Shown here: in pieces, positions 1-8,206 of the stretch
How positions within the stretch are numbered: position 1 is the stretch's first letter
Layout of the letters: each line of letters begins with the position of its first letter
Assembly: GCF_036323395.1 (NCBI RefSeq)
Contig: NZ_AP028907.1
Location: forward strand, 810,001-842,000
Reading direction: 5' to 3'
Length of the DNA: 32,000 nucleotides
Origin: Pyrodictium abyssi
GTDB lineage: Archaea; Thermoproteota; Thermoprotei_A; Sulfolobales; Pyrodictiaceae
The notes under the pieces: model-generated
Told to the model about the DNA's origin: nothing
What the model saw: the letters and a program-made list of their open reading frames with translations, nothing else
Database searches by the model: none
Program-made: the position numbers and the translations under genes

Positions 1-176
1 CGCATATAGTCGTAGAATTCGTCAAAGTTCCGTATGTACCTCATAGTCTCTTGCATATCTGCTGTTAGCCTACCCATGATTTCTGCTATCTTCTCGAGAA
101 GCCTTAGAGCCTCGTCCGAAGACACATCGACAGACTTGTACTTAGCCATATCCACCTCTACAATTATCCGGGGCAT
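1..176 (-). CDS. hypothetical protein, 3' end cut by window edge (first 58 codons visible)
   Basis: Reverse-strand ATG at 176-174 opens an uninterrupted frame to position 1 (MPRIIVEVDMAKYKSVDVSSDEALRLLEKIAEIMGRLTADMQETMRYIRNFDEFYDYM...). It is absent from the ORF track because it is truncated. No recognisable motif. Confidence 0.35.
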   Translation of the reverse strand, partial: MPRIIVEVDMAKYKSVDVSSDEALRLLEKIAEIMGRLTADMQETMRYIRNFDEFYDYM

Positions 177-467
177 GGCGTAACCCTCCAAGGCATCCCT
201 CTGTATATGCACCATGCATACAAACACTTTACAGTAACGCCACCACATAGGACGGGCGGCTTCATCCCTCGTGCCAGCCTACAAAACGGGGCCCTTCACC
301 TGTATACATGTGCCCCGCCGCGATTACTGAACACTCATCGGTCAGCCGTTATACCGGGCAGCATGTCTCTAGGTTCATAAACTCTAACCGCTATAGCGAG
401 GGGCGGCACCATTCATGGTTTTATAGCTAAAAACTCCGGCTCACTACCAGGGAGTAGGGTAGATACC

Positions 468-716
468 ATGAGTATATTTTGGGAACGCTGTAGTATATGC
501 GGTAGGCATTATCCACTCCGCCAGTGCTGGATACATAGCGAGCGCAATGTATGCGTGTACTGCTGTATAGCATGCACTGAGCGAAACATATGCCCTAAAC
601 CAGTGTGGCTCCCTGAGTCACGTAAGCTACACGTTACCCGTGGCAAGCCTGCCGAAGGGGCTAGAGAGGCTAGAAAAGCTCTTGAAGAACTACTAAAAAG
701 GCTTGAATCATCATAA
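468..716 (+). CDS. small Cys-rich (putative zinc-binding) protein, function unknown
   Basis: 82-aa ORF with an ATG start. Eight Cys lie in CxxC-like spacing (CSICG...C...CVYCCIAC...C) ahead of a charged helical tail. A TATA-like TTTATAGCTAAAAA sits about 40 nt upstream. Confidence 0.5.
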   Translation: MSIFWERCSICGRHYPLRQCWIHSERNVCVYCCIACTERNICPKPVWLPESRKLHVTRGKPAEGAREARKALEELLKRLESS

Positions 717-745
717 GCCGGTGTCTGCTAGAGTACAAGCTCTCC

Positions 746-1507
746 TTATATACGTGGAGATACCCAATATACTAGTACACCGCCACTAGGCAGGTCAAAG
801 CTTATCCTCATTGGCAGTGCCTCGCCATACTGAATGGTAACAGTATCTGCCGCACTTGTAGCCTTTACACTGGCCTTTAGAAGGTCAATAGAGTACTTGG
901 CTCTTACCGGAGTGTTCCCCTCAACCTCGAGGCTAATCAGGGGCTCGCCCGCGCGGAGTATACCTACATACTGCTTCTGAGCGGATTCGGCGTACACCTC
1001 CATCCGGTCCTCGTAGCTGCTAAATTCCACCTCATCGCTAACTACCTTGGCGTCATTTATAATATTCTTAAAGTCGTCTGCCATCATCCTTGCCGTGACT
1101 GTGAGTTCTACCTGTGGCTCGCTAAGTTCTTCCACAACACCCTCTCTTAGAGGGACATAGAAGCTGCGTACAATGCTCGTCTTCTTATCAATAAAGTTCA
1201 CTTCGAGGCGTCTCCGTTCTTCATCGAGCTTAAGTTCCACTAAGTCGTTGCGGGTACCCCTCTTAGCTATACGATTGAGTTCATCCGAGGGCACAATAAA
1301 CGTCTTCTTTTCCTCGCTGAGCTCATATTCTTCAAAAGTTGTCATAGGGAGTCTCAGTATTATCATTGTGGTCTTGTCTGGGGTCAGAGTTCTAATATCT
1401 ACTCCTTCCTGTGTGGCTATAAACGGTATTTCATCCATAACCTTAGCTATCGTCTGAATTATGTACTTAAACTTAGTCGCAGCAGGGTATACCGCCCGAA
1501 ACGTCAT
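746..1507 (-). CDS. pcn: DNA polymerase sliding clamp (PCNA)
   Basis: 253 aa, the typical PCNA length with a two-domain beta-alpha pattern. N-terminus (FRAVYPAATKFKYIIQTIAKVMDEIPFIATQEGVDIRTLTPDKTTMIILRLP) and C-terminus (LPMRISFDLPSGGVLVYWVSPRI) match archaeal PCNA as I remember it. Confidence 0.9.
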   Translation of the reverse strand: MTFRAVYPAATKFKYIIQTIAKVMDEIPFIATQEGVDIRTLTPDKTTMIILRLPMTTFEEYELSEEKKTFIVPSDELNRIAKRGTRNDLVELKLDEERRRLEVNFIDKKTSIVRSFYVPLREGVVEELSEPQVELTVTARMMADDFKNIINDAKVVSDEVEFSSYEDRMEVYAESAQKQYVGILRAGEPLISLEVEGNTPVRAKYSIDLLKASVKATSAADTVTIQYGEALPMRISFDLPSGGVLVYWVSPRI

Positions 1508-1584
1508 AGTATCCCCACTGGGAGAAAACTGGAAGAGAGGCAGCTTTGACTATTTCCTAGTGCTGGGAGCAGTCTAGCCCCTGC

Positions 1585-1651
1585 GCAATGATGCAGCTCT
1601 ACCCGCCTCGAGCCCACAGAGGGCTATGAGGACCTTACCACCGGCTGAGCC
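1585..1651 (+). ncRNA. C/D box sRNA candidate (2'-O-methylation guide)
   Basis: C box AUGAUGC at 1588-1594 (last base off the RUGAUGA consensus). Then a 12-13 nt guide and a degenerate D' (CUCG/UCGA, 1607-1611). A GC hairpin spacer follows (GCCC-ACAGA-GGGC, 1612-1624). C' AUGAGGA at 1626-1632 (1 mismatch), exactly 12 nt of guide (CCUUACCACCGG), and D box CUGA at 1645-1648. It lies in a 159-nt gap between two minus-strand genes. The terminal stem is weak. Confidence 0.45.
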
Positions 1652-1666
1652 ATGAAGCTATCTACC

Positions 1667-2464
1667 CTACACCACGTTTAGGCCATGCCTACCCGCTATC
1701 TCTTTGAATCTCCTCGCGTCATCACCCATATACACGTTGTTGAACATTACATAGACTTCCCTTATGCTATCGTATTGTTCGATTATACTCCTTACCAGGT
1801 TCGCCAACTTAGCCAAATCATCGTCGCTATACCTATACCTGTAGTTTACTTCTCTCCCACCTATACCGTGAAGGCGTAGATAGAGTATCCTCTGCCAACT
1901 ACATATGACTGGGTTTCTTCTGAAAGGGTCTACAATGTGTATTACTCTGGGGATGATACATACTATGTCTTCTACTACATCCTGGTGATCTGACCAATTA
2001 CCGCGAGGCTCCCACCCAATGACCATATTGTCATCAATAAACTTTGTAGCTATGGAGAAGAACTCTCGGGCGTTTTGCTCGTTCTCGCTACTGTAGCCAA
2101 AGCTTGGAGGTGTCTGCAACACGACTACTCTAGCTGATAAGATTCTTGCAATCTCTACACTCTTACGCCATGCCTCTATATTTTCACTGGTCGGTTTAAG
2201 GTAGCCGTAGTTTTCAACGTTTCCTGGTGGTCTTATACCTGCCCGTTTCCACGTAGGACTCGATGATGGATGTGTTATGACCTGCCATGCTTTCATATTA
2301 AATACGAACTCGCTGGGTGCCTCTCTACGCCATCGTTCAACAGTATCCTTCTGAGGTAGCTTGTAGAACGTTTGTTGCACCTCTACAGTAGCAAACATGG
2401 CGTAGTACTTCCTGCGGGAGAAGGGGAAGCCACAGCAGCCGACAAAAACCCTTACATCAGCCAT
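1667..2464 (-). CDS. DUF72 (UPF0759) family protein
   Basis: 265 aa with the DUF72 pattern: GCCGFPF...Y...F..VEVQQTFYKLP, WQVITH, VVLQTPPSF, YLRLHG...YRYRYSDDDL, VYVMFNN. Confidence 0.85.
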   Translation of the reverse strand: MADVRVFVGCCGFPFSRRKYYAMFATVEVQQTFYKLPQKDTVERWRREAPSEFVFNMKAWQVITHPSSSPTWKRAGIRPPGNVENYGYLKPTSENIEAWRKSVEIARILSARVVVLQTPPSFGYSSENEQNAREFFSIATKFIDDNMVIGWEPRGNWSDHQDVVEDIVCIIPRVIHIVDPFRRNPVICSWQRILYLRLHGIGGREVNYRYRYSDDDLAKLANLVRSIIEQYDSIREVYVMFNNVYMGDDARRFKEIAGRHGLNVV

Positions 2465-2479
2465 ACTGCTCCCTTTACT

Positions 2480-2902
2480 CTAGCGCTGGAGAGGCCTAAC
2501 TTGTATGAATCGGACTTCGTCCAGCTTAGATAGCTCTGTCTTCACACTATCTATGTCTATACCGCTTCGCGAGAGATCTATTATTATTATACACTCGGCA
2601 TACTCTCCCCGTTTAACTGTTGTACACTGCGTAGTAACCTGGTCAACATTCAATTCAGCTAGCTTCTCTGATGCTTTTGCCAATGCTCCCGGCACATCCT
2701 TGAATTCAATGCGCATCTCGAAGAGCTTGCCCTCAGCGCTTGGAAGCGGCGTTAGCACTATTTCACGCTTATCGGGGTCAGCTATCAATATTAAGTTCAT
2801 TCCCTCGATTATGTTTAGAGCTTCCCTGACTACCAGTGGTATTGTGACCCTTCCCTTACTGTCGACTTTGACTATCTCAGCCAGCCGCACTCCAACCACC
2901 AT
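2480..2902 (-). CDS. AbrB/SpoVT-type DNA-binding domain protein with C-terminal ACT-like domain
   Basis: N-terminal SpoVT/AbrB signature (VDSKGRVTIPLVVREAL...G). The C-terminal half (RIEFKDVPGALAKASEKLAELNVDQV...) looks like an ACT ligand-binding fold. It lies 15 nt upstream of the DUF72 gene on the same strand. Confidence 0.7.
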   Translation of the reverse strand: MVVGVRLAEIVKVDSKGRVTIPLVVREALNIIEGMNLILIADPDKREIVLTPLPSAEGKLFEMRIEFKDVPGALAKASEKLAELNVDQVTTQCTTVKRGEYAECIIIIDLSRSGIDIDSVKTELSKLDEVRFIQVRPLQR

Positions 2903-2948
2903 TCCACATGTGGAAAGGTAATGAAAAAATATAACTTTTGCTAATTGG

Positions 2949-3848
2949 TTACTCGCTAATACCCTGCTCTACAATCTTCGCTATCTTCTCAGCCAACCCC
3001 AGTATTATCTTGGAAGCCTTACTGTCGGGATACTTCACGAAGAATGGCTCACCAGCATCATTTGCTCGCGATATGCGCGGGTCTATTGGTATCTCGCCGA
3101 GGAGTCTTACACCGTATTGTTCCGATATCTTTCTAGCTACGCCCTCGCCAAAGATGTAGTGCTTGCTACCATCTGGGCACTCAAAGTAACTCATGTTTTC
3201 TATGATTCCAACGATGTCTACGTTTAGTTTACGCGCAAAATTAATGGCCTTAGCCACTACTATGCGTGACACGTCAGATGGTATCGTGACGATAATTGTA
3301 CCGGTAAGGTCACGTATAAGCTGTGCAATGGTTAGCTGTTCATCTCCGGTCCCGGGAGGCAAGTCTATGAAGAGGTAATCTAGTGAACCCCAGTCTGTGT
3401 AGGCCAGCATTTCACGAATGGCTGATGTAGTTAGTGTTCCACGCCATATTACAGGTACATCCTCTTGCGGAAGCAGGAGCCCCATTGAGATTACCTTCAC
3501 GCCAAGTGGAGCAGTCACTGGTATAATCCTTGCATCTGATGTAGCCATAACAGTTTCTCCTTGTACACCCATCATCTTTGGTATAGAAGGCCCATATATA
3601 TCCGCATCGAGAACTCCTACTTTTCTCCCTAGGTAGCTCATAGCAAAGGCCAAACTTGCTGTAACGAACGATTTTCCTACACCACCTTTACCGCTGAGGA
3701 TGACTATTTTGTACTTTATCTTCTTCATGTTTTCCTCTATCTTTTTTTCTTGTTCACGTATCTTTTTAAAAGCCTCTATGCGTGCTTTTACTTCTGGCGG
3801 AATTCTCTGCTGCGAAGACATGTAGCCTTCCCCTTCTGCTCCAGCCAT
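2949..3848 (-). CDS. Mrp/NBP35 (ApbC) family iron-sulfur cluster carrier ATPase
   Basis: Deviant Walker A ILSGKGGVGKSFV, DADIYGPSIP and IIDLPPGTGD-type motifs. Length is typical. The start may be the internal Met at 3821. Confidence 0.9.
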   Translation of the reverse strand: MAGAEGEGYMSSQQRIPPEVKARIEAFKKIREQEKKIEENMKKIKYKIVILSGKGGVGKSFVTASLAFAMSYLGRKVGVLDADIYGPSIPKMMGVQGETVMATSDARIIPVTAPLGVKVISMGLLLPQEDVPVIWRGTLTTSAIREMLAYTDWGSLDYLFIDLPPGTGDEQLTIAQLIRDLTGTIIVTIPSDVSRIVVAKAINFARKLNVDIVGIIENMSYFECPDGSKHYIFGEGVARKISEQYGVRLLGEIPIDPRISRANDAGEPFFVKYPDSKASKIILGLAEKIAKIVEQGISE

Positions 3849-4011
3849 ACCCGCTTCTGTGTATGTCTAGATGCAACACGTTATATTCACATTCTGGTAC
3901 ACTACTACTCGGCGAAGTGGGCAACACTCTACCTCGCGTTACCTATAGACGTCGATTATATCATTCTCGCCGTAGCCACTGCATGGCTGGTATAGCAGAG
4001 GGTTAATTGGC

Positions 4012-4701
4012 ATGAAGAGAGAAAGTCTTATGAAGAGAATGCTTGCTGTTACAATGCTAAGCTATCTTCATAGGTTCTACACATATAGGGAACTCAGTGA
4101 GAAGCTTTCAATACCTCCATCCATGATAAGCAGGTATCTACGCGGCCATAGTCTCCCGAGTGAACAACATACGGAGGTTATAATGAATTTCTTCATGAAC
4201 GACCGTCACGTCAAAAGTCACCTTAACAGACTTATTGCTAGAGGGTCGCTGAGTGAACTCTTAAAAGATGTCGAATTGCTCGAGATACTGGCGTTTATAG
4301 TACTTGAAAGAATTAAATATATGAGAATAGTGTTTGACTACGTTGTCGTAATTAACGACATTTCCTCGACTATAGGGTTGAAAGTAGCTTCTAGACTCGG
4401 AGCTACTGTTCTGGTAGGATTCATTCCACCTCTCGTGCCCCCAACTGTGGACATATGTATAACCATAGGTCAGTACATCAACTCGTTAACTATATGTTTT
4501 AAGGTGGATAATGTTGCTAAGCTTCGTAGGTCGAGCGCCGTTTTCATACACCCCCTCACCATTCCGATAGAGTACGTACCTTATATAAGAAGAAAACTTG
4601 TAGACATCTTTAGCTATGTACACGTACTGGCTCCTATATGTAACGAAGAGTTAGAAAGGAATAGCATAATATGTGGGTTTATAACCAGCAACACAGAGTA
4701 G
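4012..4701 (+). CDS. HTH-domain protein with degenerate phosphoribosyltransferase-like C-terminal region (PurR-like architecture), putative regulator
   Basis: N-terminal HTH (YTYRELSEKLSIPPSMISRYLRGHSLPS). The middle segment FDYVVVINDISSTIGLKVASRLGATVLVG resembles the type-I PRTase core strand-helix-strand. The acidic PRPP loop (VLIVDD..TGGT) is not recognisable. First gene of the low-GC cassette. Confidence 0.55.
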   Translation: MKRESLMKRMLAVTMLSYLHRFYTYRELSEKLSIPPSMISRYLRGHSLPSEQHTEVIMNFFMNDRHVKSHLNRLIARGSLSELLKDVELLEILAFIVLERIKYMRIVFDYVVVINDISSTIGLKVASRLGATVLVGFIPPLVPPTVDICITIGQYINSLTICFKVDNVAKLRRSSAVFIHPLTIPIEYVPYIRRKLVDIFSYVHVLAPICNEELERNSIICGFITSNTE

Positions 4702-4731
4702 GAAATCCGTCCTAGCACGAGGATATTAGCG

Positions 4732-5247
4732 ATGACCGGGGTTTTAAACACTGAGCTAAAGGATGATGTCGAACCCACGCAGGGAGCTCCACTATGTAAG
4801 GACATTAACGCCTTTAGGAGTCTAGAGTTGCGTGCATTTGCAGAATTAAATGATTGTAACATCATTGTTGCCTATATCGTTGTACCCATAGATAAACACA
4901 GTACAACACTAGTATTGGGTTGCATTTATCGCGTGCTATTATCGATAGAACCATTATCTACAAGTCGTCCACCTCATCTAGTTGAAGAAGGTATACTTGT
5001 TGCAGTAGAGCGATCCAATAAACAACTACTTGACGTGGTAGACAAAATAGCTATTGAGAACGTCATTTATGTGTATAGGGATGAGTCACTGGTAACTACT
5101 GTTCTTGATGTTAATACACCATTAGAGCGCATAGTTAATGAAAATATATTAACTTCAATTAACTATATTAGCTATTTCTGTATTAATTCTCTTAGTGAAT
5201 TACCAAGTAAAGTATATGATGTATTACTCGGCCATAGCCCTGCATAA
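4732..5247 (+). CDS. hypothetical protein (171 aa)
   Basis: ORF spaced 30 nt after the previous gene and 13 nt before xpb on the same strand. Very AT-rich; a hand count of 5101-5160 gives 16/60 G+C. No motif recognised. Confidence 0.5.
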   Translation: MTGVLNTELKDDVEPTQGAPLCKDINAFRSLELRAFAELNDCNIIVAYIVVPIDKHSTTLVLGCIYRVLLSIEPLSTSRPPHLVEEGILVAVERSNKQLLDVVDKIAIENVIYVYRDESLVTTVLDVNTPLERIVNENILTSINYISYFCINSLSELPSKVYDVLLGHSPA

Positions 5248-5260
5248 CTAGTGGAATAAT

Positions 5261-6904
5261 ATGACATGCTGGGGCAGCTGCCAAGCTACCAGCGGTGGTA
5301 ACGCATTGTACCTGAGATTCAAGATATGTAGATGGCTCGATAGTGACGAGTTCAAAAGGATATCCGGTTTAGCATCCTATATCGGTAGACATGAGGGCTG
5401 CAGCTGGTTTGAAATAAACACACATTATTTCAATATTGATAGACTTCTGGATACTATTGATATGCTTAGGTCGTACGGAGCTGAATTTGATGAAAAATCT
5501 TTACAGATTATAAACAAGCTTGTAGAAGAGTCTAGCACGGTTGAATTACATGTTTCTCGTCAGGGTTTTGTGATAAAGTCTAGGCGCTTGTTGTCTGACT
5601 ACCTCGCTGTATTTAGATCTAAGGGTCTAGTTAAGTATTCGAAGGGGCTACGAGGATTCGTTGTAAAGCCGTATGCCATTATAGATGTCGTTGAAAGACT
5701 AAGACATGAAGGGTTCAACATACGCGACTATTCGGGACTTCTCAGCCCCAGTAGGTATACTATAACCTTCACTGGTAAGCTTCGCGATTATCAAGAGGAG
5801 GCGATAAATGCGTGGATTAAGAATAATTACAAAGGGGTAATAGCATTACCTACTGGCTCTGGGAAGACTATCGTTGCACTAGCTGCTATGGCTAAATTAG
5901 CTGTACCTACGCTCATAGTTGTCTATACGCGCGAACAGCTGGTTGAGTGGATCGATAAGGTAGAGAGGTTTACCTCTCTTGATAAGAGTTCTGTCGGAGC
6001 CTTTTATTCTGAGGAAAAGTCGATTAAGCCTATCACCGTAGCCACTTATCACTCAGCATTCAGGAATGTTGACGTATTATTTGATAAGTTTTCACTATTG
6101 ATAGTAGACGAGGCTCATCATCTGCCAGCGGATAAGTTTAGGGCAATAGCTGAGTCTATACTCGCACCTTACAGACTTGGCTTATCTGCAACACCTTATA
6201 GGGAGGATGGACGGCATGAGGAGTTGTTCCAGCTAATCGGTGGCATTGTCTATGAGCGTTCTCTCAACGACCTCTTGTCTGCTGGCTATATCGCGTCATT
6301 TGAGATAGTCCCTGTTTTTGTGCAGCTTAGCAGGGAGGAACTTGACGAGTACAGAAAACTTAAGAAAAGGTATATCGTTCTCGCTCGGGGGAGAAGAATC
6401 GAAGAACTCGTTAAGGCGGCATCGGTGGGAGACGAATCCGCTAGACAAGCCCTACAACTACTTGCACGTATGCGGCGTATACTAGCACTATCCAAGTCTA
6501 AGATTGAGGAGGCACGCAGAATTATTGAGACCGAGCTTGCAAGAGGGTCCAAGATCATAGTGTTTACGCAATATGTGGACCAGGCCCAAGCTATCGGTAA
6601 GGAGCTTGGTATCCCCGTGGTTACAGGAAAGACTGAAAAAACCAAGCGTAAGATTATATTCGAGCTTTATAAGCATGACAGGTTTAAGGCTATAGTACTA
6701 ACTACTGTAGGCGACGAGGGCATTGACATTCCAAATGCCAATGTTGGGATAGTCTTGTCTGGTACATCGTCACGGCGCCAGTTTATTCAAAGACTTGGAA
6801 GACTGCTTAGGCCTAAGCCCGGTAAGGCGGCTAAACTGTACTACATAGCTGTAAAGGGTACACAGGAGGAAGCCACTCTTAAAAGACTCTTGCAAGCGAT
6901 ATGA
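5261..6904 (+). CDS. xpb: XPB/Rad25-type SF2 DNA helicase (archaeal XPB homologue)
   Basis: Motif I ALPTGSGKT and motif II LLIVDEAHHL. Motif III is followed directly by the XPB-specific RED motif (LSATPYREDGRHEELF, RED codons at 6200-6208). Motif VI QRLGRLLR. An N-terminal damage-recognition-like domain is present. The exact start is uncertain. Confidence 0.85.
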   Translation: MTCWGSCQATSGGNALYLRFKICRWLDSDEFKRISGLASYIGRHEGCSWFEINTHYFNIDRLLDTIDMLRSYGAEFDEKSLQIINKLVEESSTVELHVSRQGFVIKSRRLLSDYLAVFRSKGLVKYSKGLRGFVVKPYAIIDVVERLRHEGFNIRDYSGLLSPSRYTITFTGKLRDYQEEAINAWIKNNYKGVIALPTGSGKTIVALAAMAKLAVPTLIVVYTREQLVEWIDKVERFTSLDKSSVGAFYSEEKSIKPITVATYHSAFRNVDVLFDKFSLLIVDEAHHLPADKFRAIAESILAPYRLGLSATPYREDGRHEELFQLIGGIVYERSLNDLLSAGYIASFEIVPVFVQLSREELDEYRKLKKRYIVLARGRRIEELVKAASVGDESARQALQLLARMRRILALSKSKIEEARRIIETELARGSKIIVFTQYVDQAQAIGKELGIPVVTGKTEKTKRKIIFELYKHDRFKAIVLTTVGDEGIDIPNANVGIVLSGTSSRRQFIQRLGRLLRPKPGKAAKLYYIAVKGTQEEATLKRLLQAI

Positions 6905-7071
6905 GCGTTTCACCAGAACGCAACAGAATTACACCATGTTGACTTATGGATGCTTTATGGACACTTTCTTGTTATTTTCTCTCAACATTATCTAGGGCCG
7001 TGTCTATTAGTGCCGCGTAATGCACTAAAGGCGTAGCGTTATTAGCAAATGGCGGTAGGAGGGGCAAGTGC

Positions 7072-8076
7072 ATGAGCACTGGCAACTTGCAGTTGTACCT
7101 TAGCGGCCATGGCAGTATAGACTTGCTGTACGAGAATAGCCTTCCAGAGATAACGCTAGGCGGTTCGGGTCATCCTACAAGCTATTCTGTGGTATTCGAG
7201 CACAGCCTAAAGGCTAGTGTTGTAGACAGAGCATTACTCGAGGTAGGGATCAGAGCATCTTCAATGGAGATTCCTAGATGGAAGATATCGTTTAATGATG
7301 TAGTGCTTACTAGAGAGTTTAAGCCCTTGATTTGTGTCGAGACAAGTAATGGCTTCTTCTGTAAACTTGTATTTGATGTCACACCAATTGTTACTTCAAA
7401 ACAGAAACGTGAGCATAGGGTAGAAATAGAGTATATAGGCGTTAAAGAGTTCACTTTAGATCATATAGGTTTACTGATGCTTGGATCATATGAAGCGGCG
7501 CGTTCACTCTATGGCTTCTGGAGTGGCGCTATATCACTCCAGCCCGGCAGTAGTGTCGATATAACTCTTCCACAGAGATTTGACCACGCCAAGGCAAGGA
7601 TTGTAGCTTACTTACCCCATACTGATGCTAGCCTAGTAGTTGGTACAGACTCTGGCACCACCGTCATAAGCAGGAGCACTGGTATGAACGAGTTCACAGT
7701 GGAGCTTGAAGACGTTAGCTATCTGAGGTTAGAGCATCAAGGGTCAGGAGGATATTACCCGAAGGAGGTGCTGGTGTCGTCTATACTCGTGTATAAGATT
7801 GAGATACCTGAGCCTAGCATTGAGGTATCCTACAATCTTGATAATAGTAACGTAGAGCTCAATATATCTAATAATGGCAGTGACGCGGCAGAGAACGTGG
7901 TTGTAGTATCAATAGCCGTTGGCAACGTTATTGATAGGAAGGTATTGGGCGAGCTCAAGCCTGGACAGTCGCAGACTGTTGCCCTTAGCATAAAACAAGG
8001 CTCCACGAACACCATACGTGTTATATGGAAGCACCGTGGCAAGACAATGTTCAAGGATATAAAGGTTAAGTCGTAG
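7072..8076 (+). CDS. hypothetical beta-rich protein with C-terminal CARDB-like (Ig-fold) domain, no signal peptide
   Basis: 334 aa with a GGAGGGG Shine-Dalgarno-like element 8 nt upstream of the ATG. The C-terminal about 85 aa (VELNISNNGSDAAENVVVVSIAVGNVIDRKVLGELKPGQSQTVALSIK) fits the CARDB pattern. The N-terminus is not hydrophobic. Confidence 0.6.
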   Translation: MSTGNLQLYLSGHGSIDLLYENSLPEITLGGSGHPTSYSVVFEHSLKASVVDRALLEVGIRASSMEIPRWKISFNDVVLTREFKPLICVETSNGFFCKLVFDVTPIVTSKQKREHRVEIEYIGVKEFTLDHIGLLMLGSYEAARSLYGFWSGAISLQPGSSVDITLPQRFDHAKARIVAYLPHTDASLVVGTDSGTTVISRSTGMNEFTVELEDVSYLRLEHQGSGGYYPKEVLVSSILVYKIEIPEPSIEVSYNLDNSNVELNISNNGSDAAENVVVVSIAVGNVIDRKVLGELKPGQSQTVALSIKQGSTNTIRVIWKHRGKTMFKDIKVKS

Positions 8077-8140
8077 ATATCTCTAAATATCACCCATCCT
8101 AAGGCCTTGTATCATGTCTATGAACAAGGGCTTGGTTTTC

Positions 8141-8206
8141 ACACTGTGATGAATTACTCCCGGACAGACATGTGTTTGGATGAAGATAACTTACCCAGCT
8201 GAGCTA
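8141..8206 (+). ncRNA. C/D box sRNA candidate (best of the set)
   Basis: C box GUGAUGA at 8146-8152 (perfect), 12-nt guide AUUACUCCCGGA, D' CAGA at 8165-8168, 11-nt spacer. C' AUGAAGA at 8180-8186 (1 mismatch), 12-nt guide UAACUUACCCAG, D box CUGA at 8199-8202 (perfect). The C-to-D span is 57 nt. It lies in the convergent gap between 7072..8076 and hjc and abuts the hjc stop codon. Confidence 0.6.

Noticed and set aside
707-713. AUGAUGA on the minus strand at the end of the 468..716 gene; also AUGAUGC on the minus strand near 31684-31690.
   Set aside because: No D box or C'/D' pair lies downstream at a plausible distance.
4732-8076. Looked for a Bax1 (DUF790) nuclease next to XPB, testing the 171-aa and 334-aa neighbours.
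   Set aside because: Their sizes and sequence patterns do not fit Bax1 as I remember it (about 400-470 aa with Cas2-like and nuclease domains). No PD-(D/E)xK-like motif was convincingly found. They are reported as unknowns instead.
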